Shown here piece after piece: positions 28,106 through 37,674 of a stretch of DNA of 64,000 nucleotides. Numbering within the stretch: the stretch's first letter is position 1; each line of letters starts with the position of its first letter. The DNA is from Ignavibacteriales bacterium (lineage in GTDB: Bacteria; Bacillota; Sulfobacillia; JABLXB01). Both the position numbers and the translations under genes were made by a program. The stretch spans positions 7,224-71,223 of the forward strand of contig JBLNBR010000035.1 of assembly GCA_050260105.1 (NCBI GenBank), in the 5' to 3' direction. Below the pieces are notes generated by a model that made no database searches, had not been told where the DNA came from, and saw nothing but the letters and a program-made list of their open reading frames with translations.

Positions 28106-28987
28106 TCAGAATACTGGCTCGACAGTACAACCGGCGCCGGACTGCGCCTCGGCAATACTGGTCCTGAGTTCAGCCTCGTAGCCCGCGGGGTCTTTCCTCG
28201 CCCACTCCAGGCGCCTCACCGCCCTGTCCTCGCCGCGGCACGCCCGCAGTACCCCGCTCACGCACGCCGGGTACATGTTCATCCTGTCGACGAGTATCCT
28301 CTTGACCCCGGCGTCGCGCATCCTGGAGAAGAGCCGGGCCATTGACCCGGCCCCGTCGGAGTAGTACGGTATCAGGGGCGCCGCGAACGCCCAGGTGTAC
28401 ACACCCCTGGCGGCGAGGGTTTCCAGGGCCCTGAACCTCCTCGACGAGTACGGGGCACGCGGCTCGAACACCCGCGAGACCCTGTCGTCCGCAGTGGTGA
28501 TGGTCATTCCGACCTGGACGGACCGCATCCGGGACAGTACATCGACGTCCCTGGCCACCAGGTCCGACTTGGTGAGGATCGACACGAGGGGCACGTCCGG
28601 GGCTTCCGTAACGCCGGCGCCTGGGAGCATATCGGACCCCGACCGCGAGTCCTGCAGGGCGTCAAGGATCCGCAGGCACTCCCTCGTGAGTCCGTACTCC
28701 GCCTCGGCAGGCTGGTACGGGTCGGTGACGCTGGAGAGCATGATCTCGCCGCTTCTGACCTTGCGGCACTCCCTGCGAAGGATCTGCGGGAAATTGACCT
28801 TGACGTCGACGAACCTCCCCCACGGCTCGGCGTGCGGCCTGAAACGCATCATGAACGAGGCGTAGCAGTACACACACCCGTGCTCGCACCCGGTATATGG
28901 GTTGAGGACGAAGTCGATCCCCGGGATGCCCGATTTCACAACAGCGGATCTGCAGGGGATCTCACGCACTCGCACCCACCACGCCAC
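28106..28987 (-). CDS. Radical SAM protein, COG1533 (SplB / DNA-photolyase-like) family
   Basis: NPYTGCEHGCVYCYA is the CxxxCxxC motif in the family-typical context. Confidence 0.75.
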   Translation of the reverse strand: MAWWVRVREIPCRSAVVKSGIPGIDFVLNPYTGCEHGCVYCYASFMMRFRPHAEPWGRFVDVKVNFPQILRRECRKVRSGEIMLSSVTDPYQPAEAEYGLTRECLRILDALQDSRSGSDMLPGAGVTEAPDVPLVSILTKSDLVARDVDVLSRMRSVQVGMTITTADDRVSRVFEPRAPYSSRRFRALETLAARGVYTWAFAAPLIPYYSDGAGSMARLFSRMRDAGVKRILVDRMNMYPACVSGVLRACRGEDRAVRRLEWARKDPAGYEAELRTSIAEAQSGAGCTVEPVF

Positions 28988-29050
28988 CTCGCTCCACCCT
29001 CTGCCGGCGGACCGCCGTCACCCAGCAAGACCTATTATAGCACGTGGAAA

Positions 29051-29079
29051 TTGACCGGTCCGCAGCGGTCTGGTACAAT
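29051..29079 (+). promoter_or_regulatory. Near-consensus sigma-70 promoter for the MATE gene
   Basis: TTGACC, a 17-nt spacer, then TACAAT with an upstream TGg (extended -10). It lies 44 nt before the ATG at 29123. Confidence 0.55.
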
Positions 29080-29122
29080 CTAGGAACGGCTTCCTCTGAG
29101 TCCGGCAAGAGTGGAGTAGGGT

Positions 29123-30544
29123 ATGGAGACTCGCAACCACCCAATCGATGAGGCCCGCCGCGCCACCGCCACCGGTACGAACCACAACGGGACCGTGCTG
29201 AGACAGGAGGTTCTCCGCCTGGCCCTTCCCGCCATCCTCGAGATGACCGCCCACATGTCCATCTGGATGGTGGATACCGCCATGGTCGGAAGACTGGGCC
29301 CGGAGGCCCTCAGTGCGGTCGGCATGGCAGGCCAGGTCTTCTGGACCGTCACGTGGGTGTTCGGCGCCCTTGGAACGGGAACCGTCGCCCTGGCGTCGCG
29401 CGCCTTCGGCGCGGGCGACAAGGAGGAGACATCGCGGCTTGCTTCCGAGAGTATCGCGGTGGCGGCCCTCATGTCGGTGTTCCTGTTCGCCATCCTGAGG
29501 GGAGTGGCCGGCCCCGCCTCAAACCTCATAGCCATGAGCGGCGCGGTCAGGGAGCAGATGCGGGAGTATGTCTATATCCTGTCGTACGCCACCCTCCCGA
29601 TACTCCTGCAACTCACCGGCACCGCCGTGCTGCGCGCTACCGGCGACACCAGGACTCCGCTCATCATCGCGGGCCTCGCCAACTCGTTCAACGCGGTGGG
29701 TGACTGGGTGCTGATATTCGGGAAGCTGGGGTTCCCCAGGCTCGGCGTGAGGGGAGCGGCGATCGCGAGCGCCGCATCGTTCGTGCTGGGAGACGCCCTG
29801 GTGATGATTGTCCTGGTCCTGGGCAGGAACGGCGTCCGGCTGCGGTTCCCCTCCCTGGCCGGGTGGCGTTGGGAAACGGCGGGGCGCCTGCTTACCCTCA
29901 GTGCCCCCGCAGGCCTGGAGACCCTGCTGATGGACGGGGCGCGTTCCGTGCAGATGTTCATCATGACCGCGCTGGGGGACATCGGATTTGCCGCCAACCA
30001 GGTTGCGGTGTCGTGCGAGTCGCTGTCGTTCATGCCCGGGTACGGGTTCGCCATAGCGTCGAGCATCATGGTGGGGCAATCACTCGGGGCGGGTGAAGCC
30101 GGCCGCGCGAAGGCCGGCGCCCTTGAATGCCTGCGTATGGGAATGCTCGTCATGGGGGGCATCGGTGTTCTCTTCCTTGCCATCCCCCAACACCTGGTCA
30201 GCCTTTTCACCCAGGAGCCCCGCGTAGTCTCACAGGCCGCGGTCGCCTTGAGAACCGCGGGCCTGTTCCAGACGGTGCTCGCCGCGACGGACGTGCTGAA
30301 TGGGGCTTTGAGGGGATCCGGAGACACGCGCACGCCCCTCAAGATAACCGCCCTGGGGGCCTGGCTCCTGAGGATTCCGCTGACGTATCTCGCCGTACGC
30401 ACACTGCGCCTGCCACTCGTCGCGGTGTGGCTGGTAAACGGTCTTGACTGGATCGTGAGGGCGAGCGCCGTGACAATCGCATTCAGGTCGGGGCGCTGGG
30501 CCAAGACGGGGACTCTGATCAGGGGCTCGCCGGAGCGGGCCTAG
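29123..30544 (+). CDS. MATE-family efflux transporter
   Basis: 473 aa with 12 TM segments. Contains LALPAILEMTAHMSIWMVDTAMVGRLG and the repeated GDTRTPL motifs typical of MatE. Confidence 0.85.
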   Translation: METRNHPIDEARRATATGTNHNGTVLRQEVLRLALPAILEMTAHMSIWMVDTAMVGRLGPEALSAVGMAGQVFWTVTWVFGALGTGTVALASRAFGAGDKEETSRLASESIAVAALMSVFLFAILRGVAGPASNLIAMSGAVREQMREYVYILSYATLPILLQLTGTAVLRATGDTRTPLIIAGLANSFNAVGDWVLIFGKLGFPRLGVRGAAIASAASFVLGDALVMIVLVLGRNGVRLRFPSLAGWRWETAGRLLTLSAPAGLETLLMDGARSVQMFIMTALGDIGFAANQVAVSCESLSFMPGYGFAIASSIMVGQSLGAGEAGRAKAGALECLRMGMLVMGGIGVLFLAIPQHLVSLFTQEPRVVSQAAVALRTAGLFQTVLAATDVLNGALRGSGDTRTPLKITALGAWLLRIPLTYLAVRTLRLPLVAVWLVNGLDWIVRASAVTIAFRSGRWAKTGTLIRGSPERA

Positions 30545-32615
30545 CCCTGGAGACCACGACCGAGTTGCCGCCGTTGCGCTTGGCGCTGTACAGCGCTGCG
30601 TCCGCCGCCTCCACCAGCGTGGGGCGCGAAGTCGCGTTGGCCGGACACGTTGCGACGCCGAAACTCGCGGTGATCCGCGCGTTCTCCCTGCCATCCGCGC
30701 CGGGGAACGTCTCCCGCTCCAGACCCGCACGCAGCTGTTCGGCCACGGTCGAAGCCCCGGCGCAGCCGATGCCGGGGAGAATCATCGCGAATTCGTCCCC
30801 ACCGTACCTCGCGACGACATCGTCGGGTCTCAGGCTGCCGGCCAGGAACTGGGATACCCTCTGTAGAAGCCCGTCCCCGGCGGGGTGTCCGAACGCGTCG
30901 TTGTAGTCCTTGAACCTGTCGATGTCCGCCATGATCAGGCTTACTTCGCCGCCGGTCCTCAGGCTCTTCTGCACCTCGGAGGCAAGGATCTCCTGCATGT
31001 GCCTGTGATTGTAGCACGAGGTAACGCCGTCCATGATCGCGAGTCGCTTCGTCGCCTCGTGGAGCCGCGCGTTCTCTATGGCGACCGCGGCGCGGGACCC
31101 AATGATGTAGAGCATCTTCGTGTCGTCCTCGGTGAACTGCCTCGGAGTGGAACTGGCGACCGTGAGCACGCCCACGACGCGCCCTTCCGAAATCAGTGGG
31201 ACGCAAGCCATGGACACTATCCTGGGGCCCTCGAACACGCTTTCTTTGAATCGGGGCTCCACCGAAACGTCCGGCACGATGACCGCCTTCCCCTCGAGGG
31301 CCGCCCAACCGGCCAGCCCCTCGCCTATCTTGAAGCGGACGCGGTTGATCAAGGCCGGGTCCGCCCCCCTGGCGGCCTTCATCACGAGGTCATCCGCATT
31401 GGGTTCGAGCAGCATCAGCGAGCATCGCTCGACGCCCAGCAGGTTCCCAACCATATCGAACGTGGCGTTGAGCACGCGATCCATGTCCAGGGTGGAACTG
31501 AGGGCGGCCGCGACTTCGTAGAGCGCCGAGAGGTCCTTGACCCGGCGCTTCAGCTCCTCGTTGAGCCTTGCATTCTCCAGTATGACACCGAGATCGCGGG
31601 CCAGCAATTCGAGGAGGTTGAGGTCGTCGGGGGTGAAGAAATCCGGCCTGGAGTGCTGGGCGATTATGCATCCGGTCACAGTGCGGCCGGCCATGAGCGG
31701 CGCTACAATGGCGGACACTGCCCCCTGCGCCCCCGTGCTGCGGGGGTCGTTCGCCACGTCGTAGATGATGTCGGCGCTCGCCGTCCGTACGGACCACTCC
31801 GCAAGACCCCTATCGGCGGGGACGCCGGTCCCGCCACCCCCGGTCGTTCCGCAAATCCATCGTATACTGAAGGCTCCATCACCGTCAGTCAGGAAAAGGG
31901 CGATTTGGGGCCATCCCATCGATGATTTGAGCACCTGGATCGCCCTGGAAGCCGTTTGTTTGAGGCTGTCTCCTCCTCCACCGCAACTCGAGGAAATCTC
32001 ATAGAGCAGGGACAGCTCCCTGATGCGCCGCTCCCTTTCCTGCAGCAGCCTTGCGGTCTGGATCGCGGAAGCGGCCAGGGACGCCGCCACCGACAGCATC
32101 CTGCAATCGTGCTCGCTGAACCCGGCCGGCTTATCTTTCTCGAGGTTGAAGACGCCGATGATCTCCCCGCGCACCCTCAATGGCACGGCCATCTCCGAAA
32201 TGGTGTCACGCTGTCCCAGGATGTATCTGGGGTCTTCCCTGACGTCGTTGACCAGCGCGGGCTGTCCGGTCATGGCCACCCATCCGGTGATGCCATCGGG
32301 CACGCGGATCGTGACGTGCGCCATCTTGTGCAGCGGCACCCCCCAGGTTGCCCTGACGCGGAGCACCTCTCTGTTCTCATCGGTGAGGAGGATGTGAGCG
32401 TAAGTCGCGCCGAAACGCCTGCCGATGCGCTCTACGAGGAAGTCGAGCAGCTTCTGGGGATCAGTGGTCTCTCCAACCGCTTGAGCGGTGAGATACAGGA
32501 TCTCCTCTTCAGTCCGGTATTGCTCCAGTTCAGATTGGAGGTCACTCACTTGACGGGCCGGATAGTCGAACGCCCGCGACATGCTGACTCCCTCCTGGTA
32601 CACGGTAACAGCCAC
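30519..32615 (-). CDS. Diguanylate cyclase with three N-terminal GAF domains (GAF-GAF-GAF-GGDEF)
   Basis: The C-terminus has RYGGDEFAMILPG. Three GAF-like units end in VNDVREDPRY, IYDVANDPR and VPDVSVEPRF. Confidence 0.85.
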   Translation of the reverse strand: MAVTVYQEGVSMSRAFDYPARQVSDLQSELEQYRTEEEILYLTAQAVGETTDPQKLLDFLVERIGRRFGATYAHILLTDENREVLRVRATWGVPLHKMAHVTIRVPDGITGWVAMTGQPALVNDVREDPRYILGQRDTISEMAVPLRVRGEIIGVFNLEKDKPAGFSEHDCRMLSVAASLAASAIQTARLLQERERRIRELSLLYEISSSCGGGGDSLKQTASRAIQVLKSSMGWPQIALFLTDGDGAFSIRWICGTTGGGGTGVPADRGLAEWSVRTASADIIYDVANDPRSTGAQGAVSAIVAPLMAGRTVTGCIIAQHSRPDFFTPDDLNLLELLARDLGVILENARLNEELKRRVKDLSALYEVAAALSSTLDMDRVLNATFDMVGNLLGVERCSLMLLEPNADDLVMKAARGADPALINRVRFKIGEGLAGWAALEGKAVIVPDVSVEPRFKESVFEGPRIVSMACVPLISEGRVVGVLTVASSTPRQFTEDDTKMLYIIGSRAAVAIENARLHEATKRLAIMDGVTSCYNHRHMQEILASEVQKSLRTGGEVSLIMADIDRFKDYNDAFGHPAGDGLLQRVSQFLAGSLRPDDVVARYGGDEFAMILPGIGCAGASTVAEQLRAGLERETFPGADGRENARITASFGVATCPANATSRPTLVEAADAALYSAKRNGGNSVVVSRARPAPASP

Positions 32616-32658
32616 ATTTCGACTTGGCTCGCCAGAATCCTCCCCGCCGCGCCTTCGA

Positions 32659-33582
32659 CTAGCCTTCTCTGGCCTCCGGCGCCATGCCCCTCCTCACCAC
32701 GAGCACGCTTCCCAACACTGCGGCCGCCCCAGCGGCCTGGAGCCATCCGAATCGTTCTCCAAGGAAGGCGAGGGCCAGGGCAGCCGACACCAGGGGCTCA
32801 AACGTGCCTAGAATGGCCGTCCTGGTCGCCCCTATGCGACTCAGTGCGCCCATCAGGGCGAACATCGGAATGGCCGTCGAAACCAGCGCCAACGAGAGCA
32901 CGACGGCCCAGGAGCGGGCGTCCGCCGGCGCCCAGCGATCGCCGGAGACGATTGCGGAAGCGACATAGAATACGGCAGACCATATGGTTACGTGGGTGGA
33001 CAACACGGCGGGTTGGAGGTTGGCCGTGATCTTGCGGGCGACTACCGAATAGGCGGCGTAGAACACGCCCGAGGCGAGCGCCATCACCGCGCCCCTGACA
33101 TTGATGGGCAGGCCGCCCCCGATCGCCGGGGTACCCACGATGAGAAGGCACCCGGCCAGAGAGAGCGCCATGGCATGGAACTTCGCCCTGTCGAGTCGCT
33201 CTCCCAGTACGGGTCTCGCGATGAAGGCGGTCGCGACGGGATATACGTAGAACAGCATGGTGCCGAGCCACGCCGGTATGAACCTGAAGGAGGTCGAGTA
33301 TAACAGGGACAACCCGCCGTACGCGCCGCCACCCAGCAGGGCCACCTGCGCCAGAGTGACGCGGTCCACGCGCAGAGACAGCCCCAGTATTCGGCAGTAG
33401 ATCACCATGGATACCGATGCGAGGCAAAACCGCCACGCCAATACGCCCGTCGTTGTTGCGCCCAGGGAGAAGGCGTATCTGTACAACACGGGCAAGGTGC
33501 CGAAACCCGAAGCCGAGACGATCGCCAGGACCATTCCGGTAGTGTGGAACCGGGCCGCTCCAGCTTGTCTGAATTGGCTCAA
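32659..33582 (-). CDS. EamA/DMT-superfamily transporter
   Basis: 10-TM pattern. The TTG at 33582 follows GGGAGGAAAA with a 7-nt spacer and forms a TTGA overlap with the OCD stop. The maximal ORF (33897) is out of context. Confidence 0.8.
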   Translation of the reverse strand: MSQFRQAGAARFHTTGMVLAIVSASGFGTLPVLYRYAFSLGATTTGVLAWRFCLASVSMVIYCRILGLSLRVDRVTLAQVALLGGGAYGGLSLLYSTSFRFIPAWLGTMLFYVYPVATAFIARPVLGERLDRAKFHAMALSLAGCLLIVGTPAIGGGLPINVRGAVMALASGVFYAAYSVVARKITANLQPAVLSTHVTIWSAVFYVASAIVSGDRWAPADARSWAVVLSLALVSTAIPMFALMGALSRIGATRTAILGTFEPLVSAALALAFLGERFGWLQAAGAAAVLGSVLVVRRGMAPEAREG

Positions 33583-34565
33583 AGTGGGATTTTCCTCCCG
33601 AGGCCTGCCTTGACCGCCTTCTTGTAGATGACTATCGCGGTCGCCATGTCCTCTATAGCGAGGCCCAGGTTCATGCACACAATTCGCTCGTCCGGCGAGG
33701 CCCTGCCGACCCTCCCCGTGACGACATCGCCCATGTCCCCCTCGGCCCGCGGGGCGCCTCTGAAGAAGCCTACCGTCCGGTAGTAATCCAGCTGCTCGAT
33801 GTCGTCGGTGAAGAAATGCTCCGGTTCCTGGAGCGCGTCGTCTTTCCAGTAGGAATCGAAATCCAGGGGGATCCCGAGCGCCCCAGGCTTGAGCCACGAA
33901 GCCTCTATCGCGGGGTCAGGGTGCTTGAGGATCGGTCCCGCCGTGATGATGATGTCCGAATCCCTGACAGCCGCCTCAGGCGAAGCCACGGGGACGACTT
34001 CGAACGGGTACTTCCCCCTCGCGTCCTCCACGTATCGATCCAGGACATCGCGGCGGACATCATAGACCTTGACGGTCTGGAGGCCGTTCATCACCAGGGC
34101 GAGCGCTTCGAGGTTGGATCTGCCCTGGACGCCGGCGCCCAGGATCGCCATGCGGGTCGAAGTGGGGTTGGCGAGGTACTTCGCTGCGACCGCGCTGGCC
34201 GCCGCGGTCCTCATCGCCGTAATCCACATGCAATCCATCACACAGATCGGAACGCCCGTCTCGAGGTCGTTCAGTATGAGTAAACCCGTTATATAGGGCA
34301 GGCCGAGCCTGTAGTTCTCGGGATAGCCGCTCACCCATTTCATCCCCGCAACGCCCATGCTCGGAATGTACGCCGGCATCGCGTGTATGAAGGCATCGGG
34401 CTGTGTATGGATCCCCGGTTTGGGAGGGACTTCCGCGCGGCCGTTCCCCTTCTCTATGAATCCCGCCTCCACGGCCTCGACCACTTCCGCCATCGACATT
34501 CCGGCCTTTTCTACATCCGCGTACGACAGGTACAGTACTTCGTTCATCCGGCCGCTCTCCATCAT
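33579..34565 (-). CDS. Ornithine cyclodeaminase / mu-crystallin-family NAD-dependent enzyme
   Basis: 328 aa with the MAILGAGVQGRSNLEAL Rossmann motif and overall OCD-family layout. An ATGA overlap couples it to the YitT stop. The 597-aa track ORF is an out-of-frame N-terminal extension. Confidence 0.85.
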   Translation of the reverse strand: MMESGRMNEVLYLSYADVEKAGMSMAEVVEAVEAGFIEKGNGRAEVPPKPGIHTQPDAFIHAMPAYIPSMGVAGMKWVSGYPENYRLGLPYITGLLILNDLETGVPICVMDCMWITAMRTAAASAVAAKYLANPTSTRMAILGAGVQGRSNLEALALVMNGLQTVKVYDVRRDVLDRYVEDARGKYPFEVVPVASPEAAVRDSDIIITAGPILKHPDPAIEASWLKPGALGIPLDFDSYWKDDALQEPEHFFTDDIEQLDYYRTVGFFRGAPRAEGDMGDVVTGRVGRASPDERIVCMNLGLAIEDMATAIVIYKKAVKAGLGRKIPL

Positions 34566-35386
34566 ACCAGTCCTCCCTCGAATCCCTCTCCGAGCACTTC
34601 CGCAACATCGGTGACGATGACAAACGCCCGCGGATCCACCTGCTTGATCAGTCGCTTCAGCCTGCTGACCTCTCTGGCGTTCAACGCCGCCAGGATTACC
34701 CTCTTCTCGGTCGACGTGTACCCACCCCACCCGCTGAGGTATGTCACGCCGCGCTCCAGGCCCTCCATTATGGCTGAAGCGATCTCTTCGGGGCGGTCCG
34801 AGACGATGATCGCGGCCTTGGCGCGAGACAGTCCTTCCTGTACGTATTCGGCGACCTTCCCCCCGATGAAGGTGATTATCAGGGCGTAGAGCGCCGTGTT
34901 GGCGCCCATCGTGAGGCCGACGAGCGCCAGGATCACGATGTCCGCGACAGTATATGACGCAGCCATGGACAGGTTGTACGCCCGCTTGAAGTAGAACGCG
35001 AGGATGTCCATCCCGCCCGATGACCCGCCGGCCCGCAGCATCAAACCGGACCCCAGCCCGCCTATGGCACCGCCATAGAGGCTGGCGAGGAGCAGGTCGT
35101 CCATCTGGACCCTGATCCCCTGTGTGAGGTACAGCGCGACGGTGAAAAGGCCGACGCCCAGTACCGTTTTCTCGCAGAATCTCCGGCCCAGCTTCACATA
35201 CCCGAATATCAAGATCGGGATGTTCACCGCGGCGTAGAGGTATGCGACAGGCGCAGCGACAAACCGGTGCGCGACGACGCAGAGACCGGTGATGCCCCCT
35301 TGACCCAGGCCGTTGGGTACCACGAACCCGTTGGTGCCGGCGGCCAGGATCAGGGCGCCCGTTCCCAGCCACAAGATGTCCTTCAT
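34562..35386 (-). CDS. YitT-family membrane protein (DUF161 repeats plus C-terminal DUF2179)
   Basis: Polytopic N-terminus plus a C-terminal region VTYLSGWGGYTSTEKRVILAALNAREVSRLKRLIKQVDPRAFVIV, typical of DUF2179. Confidence 0.8.
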   Translation of the reverse strand: MKDILWLGTGALILAAGTNGFVVPNGLGQGGITGLCVVAHRFVAAPVAYLYAAVNIPILIFGYVKLGRRFCEKTVLGVGLFTVALYLTQGIRVQMDDLLLASLYGGAIGGLGSGLMLRAGGSSGGMDILAFYFKRAYNLSMAASYTVADIVILALVGLTMGANTALYALIITFIGGKVAEYVQEGLSRAKAAIIVSDRPEEIASAIMEGLERGVTYLSGWGGYTSTEKRVILAALNAREVSRLKRLIKQVDPRAFVIVTDVAEVLGEGFEGGLV

Positions 35387-35458
35387 GACGGTTACTCCCC
35401 TATGTGAAGGCCGGTCGCAAAGCCCAGCCTTTTCAAGCCAGTCTGCCTGATCAGATAA

Positions 35459-36535
35459 TTACACCTCATCATGTGCGTTTCCCTTCCTGAAGTGGTCCCA
35501 CGCCCCGGCGGGCAGACGCTCGTGCCGCCCGTCGCGGGACAGCCAACACCCCTTTTTCGCGATGACCCGGCCGATGGGTGTGATGGGCGTGCCTGTAAAA
35601 TCCCTGACGGCCCTTACAATGGAGTCGACTGTGGAAGGGTGGGCCGTCAGGCACAGTTCGTAGTCCTCACCGCCGAAAAGCGCGTAATGGAGCGGGTCCT
35701 TCCCCAGAGCCCTCGCCACCTCCGCCGTGGCGGGACTCAGCGGGACCGACCCGGCGTCCACGACTATGCCCACTCCGCTCATGCGGGCTATGTGGTTCAC
35801 CTCGTTCGCGAGGCCGTCACTTATGTCGATGGCCGCGGTGGCGCCGCCCGCCTCCGATATGGCCCTTGCCTCCGCCAGGCGGGGAACGGGTGTCAGATGC
35901 GCCCTGATCACTTCGGCCGCCGCACCGGGGCTGACGCCCGCCGGACAATCCGGCCGTGCGCGGCGCCCCCGGCCCGGGGGCGGGCTACCCCCGCCCGCCA
36001 GCAGCAGATCCAGCCCGGCGGCGGACTCCCCTAAGTGCCCCGTAACCAGTACGATGTCGCCGGGGGACGCCCCCGAGCGCAGCGTCATCCTCTCGCGGTC
36101 CGCCTCCCCGGCGACGAAGACGTCTATCACGAGCGAGGACATCGACCTCACCGTGTCGCCGCCGGCCACGGGACACCCAAACCTGTCCGCCATGAACGAC
36201 AGCCCAGCGTACAGCTCGTCCACAAAAGCAACATCGAGGTCGGGAGTAAGGGCCACGGAGATCAGCGCGGCCAGGGGCGAGGCATTCATTGCCGCCAGAT
36301 CGCTCAGATTCATCGCCATGGCCTTCAGTCCGACCTGCCGGGGCTTCGACAGAGAGGCCAGGAAATGAACACCTTCAACCATCATATCGCAAGTGGCGAC
36401 CAGGACCCTTCCGGGGGAAGGCTGCAGCACTGCGGCATCGTCGCCTGCGCCTACTATTATCCTCGGGTCTCTACTCTCCAGCATCTTCATCCAGCGGTCG
36501 ATGAGACCGAATTCCCCGATTTCCGCAACCTTCAA
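35459..36535 (-). CDS. thiL: Thiamine-monophosphate kinase
   Basis: IGEFGLIDRW...GDDAAVL...DMMVEGVHF is the AIR-synthase-related fold. It carries a Gly/Pro/Arg-rich insert (GGGSPPPGRGRRARPD). Confidence 0.8.
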   Translation of the reverse strand: MKVAEIGEFGLIDRWMKMLESRDPRIIVGAGDDAAVLQPSPGRVLVATCDMMVEGVHFLASLSKPRQVGLKAMAMNLSDLAAMNASPLAALISVALTPDLDVAFVDELYAGLSFMADRFGCPVAGGDTVRSMSSLVIDVFVAGEADRERMTLRSGASPGDIVLVTGHLGESAAGLDLLLAGGGSPPPGRGRRARPDCPAGVSPGAAAEVIRAHLTPVPRLAEARAISEAGGATAAIDISDGLANEVNHIARMSGVGIVVDAGSVPLSPATAEVARALGKDPLHYALFGGEDYELCLTAHPSTVDSIVRAVRDFTGTPITPIGRVIAKKGCWLSRDGRHERLPAGAWDHFRKGNAHDEV

Positions 36536-36590
36536 GAGAGACGCCTCCCTCGCAGCTTGTTTCGGGGTGGGAGGGCTTCAATCCTTGCCG

Positions 36591-37640
36591 TCAAAGGCCG
36601 AGTAGCCTCATGAGATCGGGAGACGTGACTCCATTGGGTTCGAGCCCGTAGTGCAGCTGCATGTCCTTCACCGCCGACTCCGTGGCGGGGCCGAAATCGC
36701 CGTCCGCCTGCTGGTCGTAGAACCCCTTCTCACGCAGTTTCCTCTGGAACACTACCACGTCCTGAGCCGCGCTGCCCCTTCTCAGGACATTCCTGCACTC
36801 CACGTAGGAGAGATCGCCTTCTATTATGACTGGTGTGCCGACTTCCACCCAGGGGAACAGCTCTTCCACGTCGTGGTTGAACATCCGGAAACACCCGTGG
36901 CTGGCCATGTACCCGATTGTCCATGGCCTGTTTGTGCCGTGGATGCCGTACGTCCCCCACGGCACGTTGAGCCCGAGCCAGCGGCTGCCGAACCCGCCGC
37001 CCCACCCGCTGCTTTTCCAGATGACCTTGAATTCACCCACCGGTGACGGGGTTTCCGACTTGCCGATGGCCACCACATAGCTCTTGTGAACAGCCCCGTC
37101 GGAATAGACTGTCAGGCGACACTCGTGGAGGTTGATCGTCAGGTGCACCTTCCCCGCGGGGGCAGGCGCCACGGCCTGCCCGGCAGCGGATCCCCCCTCG
37201 ACTTCCACCCACGTCTGTACGTCGTATACCCCGGTCACGGGCACCCGGAGCGCCTGCTGCAGCAATCTGACCCCGTCCGCCGTGGCCTTCCCGTACACAC
37301 CGTCGGCAGCGCCGGCGTAGTATCCCAGGCTCTTCAGGTATTCCTGCAGATCCCTCACATCCTCCCCCTTCAAGGGGGGAGTTTCTTCACGTAGCACCCT
37401 CCACTCCACACAGCCGTCGGGGAGATCGCGGAACAGTGCGTCATGCGTGACGACGGCCCCGCCCCCGCCGGCGCCGCCCTCATTAGCGCCGCCCGGTCCG
37501 AATTGAAGGCTTGTGTGCGCCGCCGGCTTCAACGGAGCAGGAGGAACCAACGACAGGAACAGGAGCGTCACAGTCGAGGCTATCAGAAACAGCGCGAGGC
37601 ACGACTTGACCCCCACGGAGCGATCCCCCTCTCGCAACAA
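36591..37640 (-). CDS. L,D-transpeptidase (YkuD domain) flanked by two peptidoglycan-binding domains
   Basis: The catalytic motif is HGTNRPWTIGYMASHGCFRM. PG_binding_1-like segments are LQEYLKSLGYYAGAADGVYG and FQRKLREKGFYDQQADGDFG. There is an N-terminal signal/anchor. Confidence 0.85.
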   Translation of the reverse strand: MLREGDRSVGVKSCLALFLIASTVTLLFLSLVPPAPLKPAAHTSLQFGPGGANEGGAGGGGAVVTHDALFRDLPDGCVEWRVLREETPPLKGEDVRDLQEYLKSLGYYAGAADGVYGKATADGVRLLQQALRVPVTGVYDVQTWVEVEGGSAAGQAVAPAPAGKVHLTINLHECRLTVYSDGAVHKSYVVAIGKSETPSPVGEFKVIWKSSGWGGGFGSRWLGLNVPWGTYGIHGTNRPWTIGYMASHGCFRMFNHDVEELFPWVEVGTPVIIEGDLSYVECRNVLRRGSAAQDVVVFQRKLREKGFYDQQADGDFGPATESAVKDMQLHYGLEPNGVTSPDLMRLLGL

Positions 37641-37674
37641 CGGTATGACGACAGGGGGAGCGGAATACCTGCAG

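Noticed and set aside
34566-35372. N-terminal 270 aa of the 597-aa ORF 33579..35372.
   Set aside because: This part is an out-of-frame overlap of the YitT gene with an Arg/Gly/Pro-rich translation. The OCD-family domain starts at the ATG at 34565, which forms an ATGA overlap with the YitT stop.
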